NCBI GenBank assembly: GCA_021848065.1
Contig: JAJZNA010000032.1
Location: 35,389-99,388 of the forward strand
Source: Candidatus Micrarchaeota archaeon
Lineage (GTDB): Archaea > Micrarchaeota > Micrarchaeia > Micrarchaeales > CABMGC01
Direction of reading: 5' to 3'
Length of the DNA stretch: 64,000 bases
The position numbers and the translations under genes are program-made. Below, one piece after another: positions 27,467 to 36,007 of the stretch. Under the pieces are notes generated by a model. The model did not search any database and had not been told where the DNA came from. It saw only the letters and a program-made list of their open reading frames with translations. Every line of letters begins with the position of its first letter. The first letter of the stretch is position 1.

Positions 27467-28246
27467 TCACTGATCCCCTGCCAATCGCCTAAGGAGCTCC
27501 AGCACCTGCGGGTCTGCCAAGAACCTTACGGGCTCAATGCTGCCTGCAGTTATGTGTTCCTCAATATATTGCTGCAATAGCTCTGCGGGGCTGTTCCTTT
27601 GCAGCGCCTCTGCATGCATCCTCAGGATATCCCTTGCCACCGGGGCAAACACTGCCGACTCCTGGTCATTGAACATCGCCCTGTCAAGTATCACGTCCGC
27701 TACCGTCATGCTCCGGCCCCCCTCATGCCTCATCGCCTCGGTGCTAAGGATCCACGGACTCTCGTCGACTATCATCCTTGCCACTGCCGCAGAGCCAAAT
27801 GCAATTGCAGAGATTATGCTCTCCCCGTTCTCTCCCCTGTGCATGAAGAGCTCCGGGTCCGGATGGCATAGGTAGATCAGGGCCGGCACGTCCGTATCCA
27901 CGTGCGCTACCGCTATCCCGGCCGCTACGGTGGCAAAATACCCCTCGCTCATGGCATCTTCGGGATCGTCCTTTAAGTGGAAGTCTGCCTTCAGGATATC
28001 GGGGTACTTTGCTATTGCAAGCCGCGCCGCATCTGCATCACGCATCAGGAACTCCCCCAGCCTGTCAAGCCCCTCCTGCCTCTCAAGCGAGCTTTCAGTT
28101 CCCTGGGCCCTTCTTACCAGCCTGCCAAGCTCCACCACAGTGCTAAGCCTCGCTCTTGGTTTGTAATCCATAAAATGTGCCTTATTTCCAGTTTCCAGGT
28201 TTCTGATACTTAAATCTGCCAGTGCCCCCATCCGCATCCTGCTCAC
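27467..28246 (-). CDS. hypothetical protein
   Basis: 259-aa ORF with protein-like composition and no motif. Start uncertain (GTG 28246, ATG 28237 or 28231). Confidence 0.45.
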   Translation of the reverse strand: MSRMRMGALADLSIRNLETGNKAHFMDYKPRARLSTVVELGRLVRRAQGTESSLERQEGLDRLGEFLMRDADAARLAIAKYPDILKADFHLKDDPEDAMSEGYFATVAAGIAVAHVDTDVPALIYLCHPDPELFMHRGENGESIISAIAFGSAAVARMIVDESPWILSTEAMRHEGGRSMTVADVILDRAMFNDQESAVFAPVARDILRMHAEALQRNSPAELLQQYIEEHITAGSIEPVRFLADPQVLELLRRLAGDQ

Positions 28247-28995
28247 GTATAAATATGACCATTATTGCAATATTCCTGATATTGATGGCAATATTTATCA
28301 TGCCTGAAGAGAGGCATCCAAGTCTTGAGACTGAAAATGCCATGAAGGCGCTGAGGGCGCAGTTCCAGGAGCTCTACGATGCCACTACTTCCGGCATAAG
28401 GCGCTTCTCCGGCTATTTCGCCGATAACGATGCGAGGTATGCAGAAGGCATAAGGCGTATGTGGGACGGGCGCACCGACCGGGCATTGCAGAGGATAATT
28501 GAGACCGGGGGCTCGGAGAAGGTGTACGGGCCGATGCGCGTGCCGATACCTGATTCCATTGCCTCAGTATCCGCAGCTCACGGGGTGTGGTCATCCATGA
28601 TTGGCGCTGACTACAATCTTGCATACGGCTCGCTTCGCGAAGGGCTCAAATGGGATATAGTGGATGCCGAGACATTTGGAAGGGCGTGGGAGACTGTGGA
28701 TAGCGCAATGCGCAGCATATACCTGCATGTCGCCAGCGACATGGCCAATACTCTTTCAGCCATCAACTCCGCTTCATCAGGCAGTGGGGTCGAGAAGGCC
28801 TGGTTCGATCAGTTAGAGCGCCTGAGGCTTGGGCCTCTGGGGGCAATAAACGATATCGAGCAGGCTGTCAGGGCACATGGTATAAAGGCAATAGCAGCCC
28901 TCGAAGGCCCCGAGGCATTTCTCGGGCTCCTATCCCAAGGAAGGGCCAGCTCACGCAAACTGTTTGAAAGCCTCCTTAGGCCTTCTGAAGGATGA
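28222..28995 (+). CDS. hypothetical protein (true start probably 28255-28300)
   Basis: The ORF-track limits overlap the divergent gene. Internal ATGs lie at 28255, 28285 and 28300, downstream of a TATAAATA box at 28248-28255. Confidence 0.4.
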   Translation: MPPSASCSRINMTIIAIFLILMAIFIMPEERHPSLETENAMKALRAQFQELYDATTSGIRRFSGYFADNDARYAEGIRRMWDGRTDRALQRIIETGGSEKVYGPMRVPIPDSIASVSAAHGVWSSMIGADYNLAYGSLREGLKWDIVDAETFGRAWETVDSAMRSIYLHVASDMANTLSAINSASSGSGVEKAWFDQLERLRLGPLGAINDIEQAVRAHGIKAIAALEGPEAFLGLLSQGRASSRKLFESLLRPSEG

Positions 28996-29159
28996 GCCAA
29001 GCATTCCGTTCAATGGGCTTGCGGCCTCTCTAATCAATCATTTGCATGCAAGAGCGGTTACTACTAGATCAGAATTTGTATGATCTAGTGATAACTCATT
29101 CGAAGGATATCTCATTCCTGATTATTCGGCACCAGTTATATATCCGATGGCCTTCCAGC

Positions 29160-29441
29160 TTACTCCCTGTGCCTTATGGCTCCATGGCGCCTTAGCTGCA
29201 TGGACGCCGCATAGATCGTATTGTGTCCCATTGCGATCCCCCTTGCCATGCTCTCCCACTCTGCCTGCGTAGCGGCCCTGCTCCCGTCCCTGATTGCAGC
29301 CGCCACTCCATCAAGCCCCGCCTCCATGACTATGATCTCCTTGGGCTTCCTTGTGAAAATTGCCACGCCTATCGATAACCCTCTTCCATGCCTCATATAT
29401 AAACTCTGCAGGCTTTCTGGGCCCCATGCAAAAATGCCCAA
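29160..29441 (-). CDS. hypothetical protein
   Basis: 93-aa ORF divergent from peptidase paralog 2, with no motif. Confidence 0.3.
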   Translation of the reverse strand: MGIFAWGPESLQSLYMRHGRGLSIGVAIFTRKPKEIIVMEAGLDGVAAAIRDGSRAATQAEWESMARGIAMGHNTIYAASMQLRRHGAIRHRE

Positions 29442-29453
29442 TTCCGCAAATGC

Positions 29454-29470
29454 TTTTTATATGAGAAAAG
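29454..29470 (+). promoter_or_regulatory. conserved TATA-containing promoter motif TTTTTATATGAGAAAAG upstream of M48 paralog 2
   Basis: The identical 17-mer recurs at 52950..52966, at nearly the same distance (38 versus 40 nt) from the paralogous start codon. Confidence 0.6.
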
Positions 29471-29491
29471 GCGCAATCGTATTGTGATAAA

Positions 29492-30295
29492 TTGGGCATT
29501 ATAGCGAGGCGGCGTTCCAAAAACACCCAGGCGAGCATGCCCGCTGCAACTCTGACTGCGCAGGAATCCGCCGAATTGGGCAGCAGGCTTCTCGCCTTCG
29601 AAAGAATCGTAAGGGATCACAGCTGGCGCCTTGGCATCATGGCCCCGAATGTAGGGCTAGCTTCCGAAAAGACGAACGCATCAGCACAGACTTTTGGCAT
29701 TTTTGGCAGGTCCAGCATAAGCATAGGCGCGCATATGCTTGTCCACCTTAGTGACAGGGCCTTGGCATCCCTTGCTGTCCATGAGCTCACGCACTTGAAA
29801 AGGAACGATGCCGCCAGCGATTACAAGTTGAAGAAGCGCATATCTATTTTTCAGGTTATTGCATCAACATCCATTGTGGCAGGCTCCATCACCGCCTTCG
29901 GCTCTCTCAAGGGAAGGGTCTTCGAATATCTGAACGCGTTTGAGCATTACCTTGGCATCCACCCTTCCGGTTTCTGGTTTGCCACCGCCCGCAGCCTGAA
30001 TGATGCCCTCACCCTCTTGGCATACTCCTTTGTCGCACTCCAGGCAATGGCCATTACCGCCACAGTGTCCAGGTACCTGAAATACTCGCGCCAGAGGGCA
30101 AATGAGCTCAAGGCCGACCGCGAGGCCGTGAAGTCCATTGGCATTCGCCCGTACCTAGAGCTCCTGGAGTACACCAAGACTTTCATGCCCGATCCCAAAG
30201 GTATTCGCGCACGGCTTTTCGAGTCGCACCCTTCATATGCAAGGCGCAGCAGGAAGATGAAGGCATACGCCCGCAGGAACGGCATAATCGAATGA
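29492..30295 (+). CDS. M48-like zinc metallopeptidase, paralog 2
   Basis: Contains HELTHLKRND, hydrophobic helices, NELKADREA and SHPSYARRSRKM, in the same architecture as 24657..25445. Confidence 0.65.
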   Translation: MGIIARRRSKNTQASMPAATLTAQESAELGSRLLAFERIVRDHSWRLGIMAPNVGLASEKTNASAQTFGIFGRSSISIGAHMLVHLSDRALASLAVHELTHLKRNDAASDYKLKKRISIFQVIASTSIVAGSITAFGSLKGRVFEYLNAFEHYLGIHPSGFWFATARSLNDALTLLAYSFVALQAMAITATVSRYLKYSRQRANELKADREAVKSIGIRPYLELLEYTKTFMPDPKGIRARLFESHPSYARRSRKMKAYARRNGIIE

Positions 30296-30344
30296 ACTTT
30301 GTATCTTGAGTTTTTTGCCCGGTCCCGCTTCACCAGGCATTGGC

Positions 30345-30887
30345 TTAAAATCCCTGGCTATCCGCAGCCCTCCCTATTTTCAGGTAGCTCCTATAATGCA
30401 GGTATGCCGCAATGGTCATCTGGTCCTCTATCTTGTTGTTTTTCACCATCGATTCAAACTCATCCAGGCTTACCTTAAATGCGCTGAGCCCGCCCAGCTG
30501 CTCCCCTTCGTCTAGATGCCGCTCCTTCTTTTCAAGCCCCTGCGCGAGGTAGAAGTAGATGAGGCTCGACATCCTCGCCGGCGCCTGATAGGCCTTGAAC
30601 ATCAATTCGAGCTTATCCGGGCTAAAGCCAGTCTCCTCCTCAAGCTCCCTTCTTGCTGCATCCTGCGGCCTTTCGCCTTCCTCAATGAACCCCGCAGGCA
30701 ATTCGTAGCTCTCCTTGCGTATCCCTCTCCTGTACATCTTCTCCAGGAGTATGCTGCCATCGTCTATCGCCAGCACCGCCACAAAATCCGGCTGCACGAC
30801 CCTTGCGAATTCCCTCTTGTTGCCGTTTATCTCTACCTCTTCAACCTCTATCTTTACCGGCCCGCCTTCAAATATTGTCTTTGTCAT
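30345..30887 (-). CDS. NUDIX hydrolase (ADP-ribose pyrophosphatase-like)
   Basis: Nudix box GFIEEGERPQDAARRELEEETGF. Confidence 0.8.
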   Translation of the reverse strand: MTKTIFEGGPVKIEVEEVEINGNKREFARVVQPDFVAVLAIDDGSILLEKMYRRGIRKESYELPAGFIEEGERPQDAARRELEEETGFSPDKLELMFKAYQAPARMSSLIYFYLAQGLEKKERHLDEGEQLGGLSAFKVSLDEFESMVKNNKIEDQMTIAAYLHYRSYLKIGRAADSQGF

Positions 30888-31608
30888 ACCCTTTTCAACC
30901 CCTTAAAATATTCTTCGGCCTCTTTAAATTCCTCTGGTGTACCAACATCGAATAATGCATGCGTTTCATCTATATATATCCCTAGTTCATTCGCATCTAC
31001 AAGCGGCTGAACAAGCCCGGCAAAATCTATACTTGTTTCCCTGTCTGCATATGATAATGCTGTCCTGTCTAATATTATAGTTCCTGTGAGAACTGTTCCT
31101 CTAGCGTTAGGTGCTCTTCGATATGATTGGTCACGAATAGTAAATCCTAAAACACGTCTGCGTTCAAGGTCGAAACTTACCTGCCAATGGTGATATAATC
31201 TGTCTGTTTTAGTAGTAACTACTGTGGCCGGTATTCCAAGTGACTGGTGAAATTCTAGTGCTCCTTGCAACTGCATTCCAAGGCGTATTACATCCGTATG
31301 AAGCAAAAGTATAGTGTTTTTATCAGACGCACTAAACGCGCACTCAACGGCGTTAAGAAAGCCTGGCTGTTCTTGATTTGAAAAGACTACGTCATACGGC
31401 AACGATACTGATTCTACCCACTCCCGTATCTGTCTTTCATGATGATCTACTGCAAATATCAATCTGTCTATAAATGTGGGGGCTAGGAGATCCATAGAAT
31501 AACTTATCAATTCCTTGCCGTTTACCCTAACTAATGCCTTAGCCACCTGGTCATGCGTGATGGGTTCTATACGTGTCCCTTTACCGCCACAAATAAGTAC
31601 GCAATCAT
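30884..31608 (-). CDS. sugar-phosphate nucleotidyltransferase (GT-A/NTP_transferase fold), 5' end disrupted by a 1-nt frame problem
   Basis: The G-loop LICGGKGTRIEPIT lies in frame upstream of the ORF-track start (GTG 31546), but there is no ATG/GTG/TTG before it. An ATG at 31608 is in another frame (MIAYLFVAVKGHV*), and the frames meet at the coding-strand run TTATTTG (31591-31596). Confidence 0.6.
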
Positions 31609-31648
31609 ACCTCTGTTGCTGTGTTCCCTTAATGTTCGTTACAACACC

Positions 31649-32392
31649 TTATTTTAGCTGAAATCCAGCATCAACATGTATGACTTCCCCAGTTATCCCG
31701 TCTGAGTCTTCAGACGCTAAGAATAGGCATGTTCGTGCTATCTCCTCAGGTCTCAGTATTCTTTTTAGTGCAGATGCACTTATTACTTGCTCCACATATT
31801 CTGGGGATGTTGCCATTTCTGTATCTACGAAACCCGGTACCACGCAGTTTACAGAGATTCCAGGGCCAAGGGCCTTTGCCAATATCCCTGTTGCACTAAC
31901 AACCGAAGCTTTGGACATAGCATAATGCATATTACCTGGGGTCCCAAAGTTCCTTATGCCGCTTATTGATGCTATGTTTATTATCTTGCCACTCTCTTTT
32001 GGCATCATTATTTTTGCAACTTCTTGTGAGCATAGAACCACTCCCGTAACATTAACACCAAAAACCAAGTCCATATCCTCCCGTGTTAACTCAAGAAAGG
32101 GTTTAGGTACACAAATCCCCGCGTTATTAACTAAAATATCAACCGTACCGAAAGCTTCCGTTGCCCTTCTGAACAGGAGTTTTATGTCTTTTGGTTCGGA
32201 AATATCTGCCTGAATGGCTATTGCCGAACCCCCCTTTTGCACTATCGAACTGACAACATCTTCCGCACTTCCCAATCTTTCCCTATAGTTTATCACCACT
32301 TTTGCCCCTTCTTCTGCAAAGAGTAAAGCTGTAGAGCGGCCTATTCCTCTGGAAGAACCAGTTATCACTGCAACTTTATTTTTTAATCTCAT
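31649..32392 (-). CDS. classical short-chain dehydrogenase/reductase (FabG-like)
   Basis: Contains TGSSRGIGRS (TGxxxGIG), NNAG and YAMSKAS (YxxxK). ATG at 32392. Confidence 0.8.
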   Translation of the reverse strand: MRLKNKVAVITGSSRGIGRSTALLFAEEGAKVVINYRERLGSAEDVVSSIVQKGGSAIAIQADISEPKDIKLLFRRATEAFGTVDILVNNAGICVPKPFLELTREDMDLVFGVNVTGVVLCSQEVAKIMMPKESGKIINIASISGIRNFGTPGNMHYAMSKASVVSATGILAKALGPGISVNCVVPGFVDTEMATSPEYVEQVISASALKRILRPEEIARTCLFLASEDSDGITGEVIHVDAGFQLK

Positions 32393-32400
32393 ATGAACCA

Positions 32401-33213
32401 CTAGTCTCTTTTTAAAGCTAGCATTAAATTTTCAAATTCCGCCAAGTCATTTACTATAATGTCCGGGTTTTCCTGTTTAAGGTGTATTTCTAGACCCATA
32501 CCACTCAGTGCAGCGGCTGACATTGTGCCTGCATCTTTAGCTGCTTTTATATCCACAGAAGCATCGCATACAAATATGGTCTGGTGTGGCAACGTCCCGA
32601 AGCTTGACATTATCTGCCTTATGCCATCTCCAGAAGGTTTCTTTTGCGCAACTTCATCTTCTGATAAGATGAGATCGAACGCGTCTGTGAAAGGGACATC
32701 TCTTTCTACAGTGACTCTATTTCCATTGGTAAGAAGCGCTACTTTATATCCTTCTTGCGAGAGGGACCTTATGGAGGACTCTGCATAAGGGTGTATGCTT
32801 ACAAGGCTTCTAGGTTTATCTGAGTTAAAGAATTCCTTATATTTTAATCTGATTCGCTCTGCCCTATCTATCCCAGCTGCATCGAGTGTGCTATTCACTA
32901 TGGCATCCAGCACAGACTCTGCATCTGACCTCCTAATTATCTCCTGTAGTAACGAGCTTTCACCTCTTAGCTCCAACGCCAATAGCGCTTTAAGGCATTC
33001 TAATCCTATATCATATTTACCTATGCCTCTTAGATGCCAGGTATCTGTGTGGCTGTATCTATACGGTAGGCCTTCACTCAGAAAGCCAGCCTTATACCCC
33101 CCATCTAAGCCTCTTGAAGTATCCCTAATTACCCCACCCAAATCAGATACGATCAATCTTACGGATGAAAGCTGCAATGCTGTTGTTTCATTTCTGCATA
33201 TTTTACTAGCCAC
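32401..33213 (-). CDS. HAD-superfamily hydrolase-like protein with atypical motif I
   Basis: Motif I is LIVSDLGGVI (DxGG rather than DxDG). Motif II is LLTNG, the motif III Lys is in KKPSGDG, and motif IV is FVCDASVDIKAAKDAG. Confidence 0.6.
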   Translation of the reverse strand: MASKICRNETTALQLSSVRLIVSDLGGVIRDTSRGLDGGYKAGFLSEGLPYRYSHTDTWHLRGIGKYDIGLECLKALLALELRGESSLLQEIIRRSDAESVLDAIVNSTLDAAGIDRAERIRLKYKEFFNSDKPRSLVSIHPYAESSIRSLSQEGYKVALLTNGNRVTVERDVPFTDAFDLILSEDEVAQKKPSGDGIRQIMSSFGTLPHQTIFVCDASVDIKAAKDAGTMSAAALSGMGLEIHLKQENPDIIVNDLAEFENLMLALKRD

Positions 33214-33352
33214 ATTAACGACCTCATTTTTAAGCAGTTTCTTTGTACACCTATAATAACACTCCGCTTTGATTGGCTTTGTTTATACTATCTACCCATA
33301 AATGCTTTCCATAAAACGCGTATTTTTATTGCTTGATTGGCCAACTTAATCC

Positions 33353-33511
33353 ATGGGAAACGGGTATGCATGTAGTATATGCGGCCTACATTACAGGGAC
33401 AGGGAGCTCTCAGAGAGGTGCCATGCATGGTGCTCCAAGCACGATAGCTGTAACTTGGAGGTGGCAAGGCAATCCGTAGAAGCCGCCAAACGCCGCAAGG
33501 TTGACATATAA
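33353..33511 (+). CDS. small Cys-rich (putative zinc-binding) protein, 52 aa
   Basis: Hand translation gives MGNGYACSICGLHYRDRELSERCHAWCSKHDSCNLEVARQSVEAAKRRKVDI. It is below the ORF-track size cut-off. Confidence 0.35.
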   Translation: MGNGYACSICGLHYRDRELSERCHAWCSKHDSCNLEVARQSVEAAKRRKVDI

Positions 33512-33728
33512 CGTTAGCCGCTATCCCTGCCTACTGCGGAATTCGGTTCCATTATAATAGAGCCATGCATCAGTAGCCCATCTCCTTACGTCATTTGCCT
33601 ACTCCCACTTCGCCTCCAAACCTTTTCATCAATTATCCTTCCCTTCCGTTTGATTAAAGGCCTTCTTATCCCGTAGGGAAGAGGGGCGGCGAATTCCTTT
33701 GCGTGATTTGATTAAAGGTTTGCGCCTC

Positions 33729-35153
33729 TTATTTCCCTAGTGCCTTCTGCCCTAGTACCCTTATCTCATACCCCTTTCCTGCAATCTTCCTTATTCCCGA
33801 CTCAACTCCCCTGTCATTTGTTACGAACACCAATCCATATCCTGCCCCTCTTGCCTTCTCAATGCACTTGAGTATCTCCTCCTTCCTTGCATTTGTCTGC
33901 ACCTCGTATGCCTTTATGCTCCTCCTGTCCCACGCGCCCTTTCTCCTTGCCCTCTCCATCCCCACAACATCGAAGCTCTCCTTCTCCCTCCCTACGAACG
34001 CATACTCTCCCCTCTCCTGCAGCTCCTTTATCACCTTCTTCATGAGCATCCTGTGCGTCTCCGAGCCTGCATGCTCTCCCTGTTTCTCTATCATCCTATC
34101 GGGATCTACTGTTTCCAGCGCCCTTCCCGTGAGCCTGCCTCCCTTCAGGTATCCCTCGTTCATAAGCCTCTGCCTTATCGGCACTATTCCTGCGCCCCCG
34201 TACAGGGTCCTTGCACTCGTTATCCACTTCCTCTCCCTGCATATCCTCCCAGCCTCCTCTACATTCCCTGCGGCCATGTGCATTGCAAGCATGTACAGGT
34301 ATACGCTTACAGAAGGCACGTCCTCTCCTGCAAGCCTTGGCGCCTTTGCACCTGCATCATATCTCTTCCCTCCATCAGCCTCCTTCACGTCAATCCTTCC
34401 TGCCTTATCCTCCAGCTCCCTCCTCTCCTCCCTTCCTATGACATCTATCTCCACGTACGCCGGGTTCGGCCTCCCTGCCTGCACCGCCCTCTGGTCGAAC
34501 ATGAACGCGCTGCCTATCGGCATCCTGTAGAGTATGTCTTTCTCTATGCCAGACATGTTCAGCATCGCATGCACCCTGTGCTGCAGCGCAGGTTCATGGT
34601 ATCCGAGCACGAACTTGACTGCGGTATTGCCCACTATCGCATCCGGCACGTCCTGGAGCAGCTGCGTTGCCGCTATTATCCCGAATCCGTACTTCCTTCC
34701 CTCCCTGACGACCCTTGTTATGTTGGTCTCCTTCCCGTAGTAGTTTAGCAGCGCCTGGTACGCATCGTCCAGCGCGATGTACAGCCTTATCTCCCTGCTC
34801 TGCCTGAACTCTTCTATTATCCTCTGCACTATGGTGTAGGTCACCAGCTTCTTTTCCGCATCTGTAAGTTCATGCATGTCCACCACATTGCACCTCTCTT
34901 CATACCCCTTCCAGAACCCCTCCGGCTCATCCCCGAATATCTCCGAGGCCTGCCTGAGCTTGTTGGTTATGTACGTAAGCTGCAGCTTCGTCTCCTTGTA
35001 CCTCTCCTCCGGCATCTGCGCAAGCAGCACGCCGTGCAGCATCTCCATGTTCGGCTCCCTTCCCTGCGCGTATAATCCTGTCAACGTCTCCCTCACCTTC
35101 TGCGCCTGCATCTCCGTCAGGTTCAGCCCCATCTGCAGCAGCTCCGCCGCCAC
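33729..35153 (-). CDS. HerA/FtsK-VirB4-type ATPase, C-terminal part (Walker B, RecA-like core end, PD-(D/E)xK-like tail)
   Basis: Contains RLYIALDDAYQAL (Walker B-like) and REGRKYGFGIIAATQLLQDVP. The tail FDVVGME...IKAYEVQT resembles a D...E-x-K nuclease-like motif. It continues the upstream ORF after a frameshift. Confidence 0.6.
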   Translation of the reverse strand: MAAELLQMGLNLTEMQAQKVRETLTGLYAQGREPNMEMLHGVLLAQMPEERYKETKLQLTYITNKLRQASEIFGDEPEGFWKGYEERCNVVDMHELTDAEKKLVTYTIVQRIIEEFRQSREIRLYIALDDAYQALLNYYGKETNITRVVREGRKYGFGIIAATQLLQDVPDAIVGNTAVKFVLGYHEPALQHRVHAMLNMSGIEKDILYRMPIGSAFMFDQRAVQAGRPNPAYVEIDVIGREERRELEDKAGRIDVKEADGGKRYDAGAKAPRLAGEDVPSVSVYLYMLAMHMAAGNVEEAGRICRERKWITSARTLYGGAGIVPIRQRLMNEGYLKGGRLTGRALETVDPDRMIEKQGEHAGSETHRMLMKKVIKELQERGEYAFVGREKESFDVVGMERARRKGAWDRRSIKAYEVQTNARKEEILKCIEKARGAGYGLVFVTNDRGVESGIRKIAGKGYEIRVLGQKALGK

Positions 35154-35839
35154 CCCTGCCCTCCTCTCCCCTGCATCCCCCTTAGCGCAAACGGGTTTAT
35201 CCTCAGGTTCTTAGGCACGTTCCATGTGGTCGCTCCCATGTCCCCGTATATGCCCGACCAGTCCATTATCAGGAACGGTATCTTGAATTTCAGGTAAGCC
35301 CTCGTAAGCATGGTGGTTATCAGGTTCGACTTCCCCAGGCCGCTCTCCCCTATTATCATCATGTGCGGGTTCGGCTCTTCCTTTATCTGCAGGTCATATA
35401 CTCCTTTCGATCCGGCATTCACCACAATCGAAGGCTTCCTATCCTCTCCCGCGATGCCTATATTCTGCTCCGCGAAATTCACCGGGTGCGGGTATTCATA
35501 CCCTATCCTTATCCCGTTGTGCCTGTGCCTCTTTGCAGTATCCATCTGCCTTGCGTATGCGTATGCCACTACTACCGATATCGCCATCCTTTCCGTAAAA
35601 CTCATGTATGCCTTCTGCATCATCAGTATTGCAAATAGCGGGTATAGCATCTGCATCATGAAGAACCCGAAAGGATGCTCCCTTAGCCTTGGTACCTTCC
35701 CCCTTCCCCTGGCCACATATTTAAAGAACCCGTCCACAACCTTCTTTGGGCTCTGCGCCTGGTACTTTATTGCCAAACTGACCGCGAATAGCATCGCCAT
35801 GTATATTATGTAGAGCATTATGTCTAGCAGCAGGCCCAC
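35123..35839 (-). CDS. HerA/FtsK-VirB4-type ATPase, N-terminal part (TM helices + Walker A)
   Basis: Three or four TM helices, then MIIGESGLGKSNLI (Walker A). The frame is lost near the C5 run at 35177-35181 and continues in ORF 33729..35153. Confidence 0.6.
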   Translation of the reverse strand: MGLLLDIMLYIIYMAMLFAVSLAIKYQAQSPKKVVDGFFKYVARGRGKVPRLREHPFGFFMMQMLYPLFAILMMQKAYMSFTERMAISVVVAYAYARQMDTAKRHRHNGIRIGYEYPHPVNFAEQNIGIAGEDRKPSIVVNAGSKGVYDLQIKEEPNPHMMIIGESGLGKSNLITTMLTRAYLKFKIPFLIMDWSGIYGDMGATTWNVPKNLRINPFALRGMQGRGGQGWRRSCCRWG

Positions 35840-36007
35840 TTTTCATACCCAGGAATAGTAAGCTGGAAAAGTATTTATCGGTTGCAGTTTGAAGACATTA
35901 CACTATAATTTTGGTTTTGCAACTGCTTTGTAAAGGTTTATAATAACAGATAATGGATCATATATGTGTTAGGGTCTAAATAAAGTAAAATTATACCGTT
36001 GGGTCGT

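Noticed and set aside
31546-31651. Stop-codon read-through fusing the SDR and the nucleotidyltransferase (they are in the same frame, separated by one TAA), or programmed frameshifting.
   Set aside because: Being in frame has a one-in-three chance anyway. The 14 codons after the TAA do not resemble a linker with a recoding signal. TTATTTG is not a classical slippery heptamer. A 1-nt indel at a T run explains the data more simply. Together with the C5-run frameshift in the ATPase, this may reflect homopolymer sequencing errors.
33862-34748. Plus-strand ORFs (222 aa and 231 aa) opposite the HerA-like ATPase.
   Set aside because: They are Ser/Pro/Leu-rich antisense shadows, and the minus strand carries Walker motifs.
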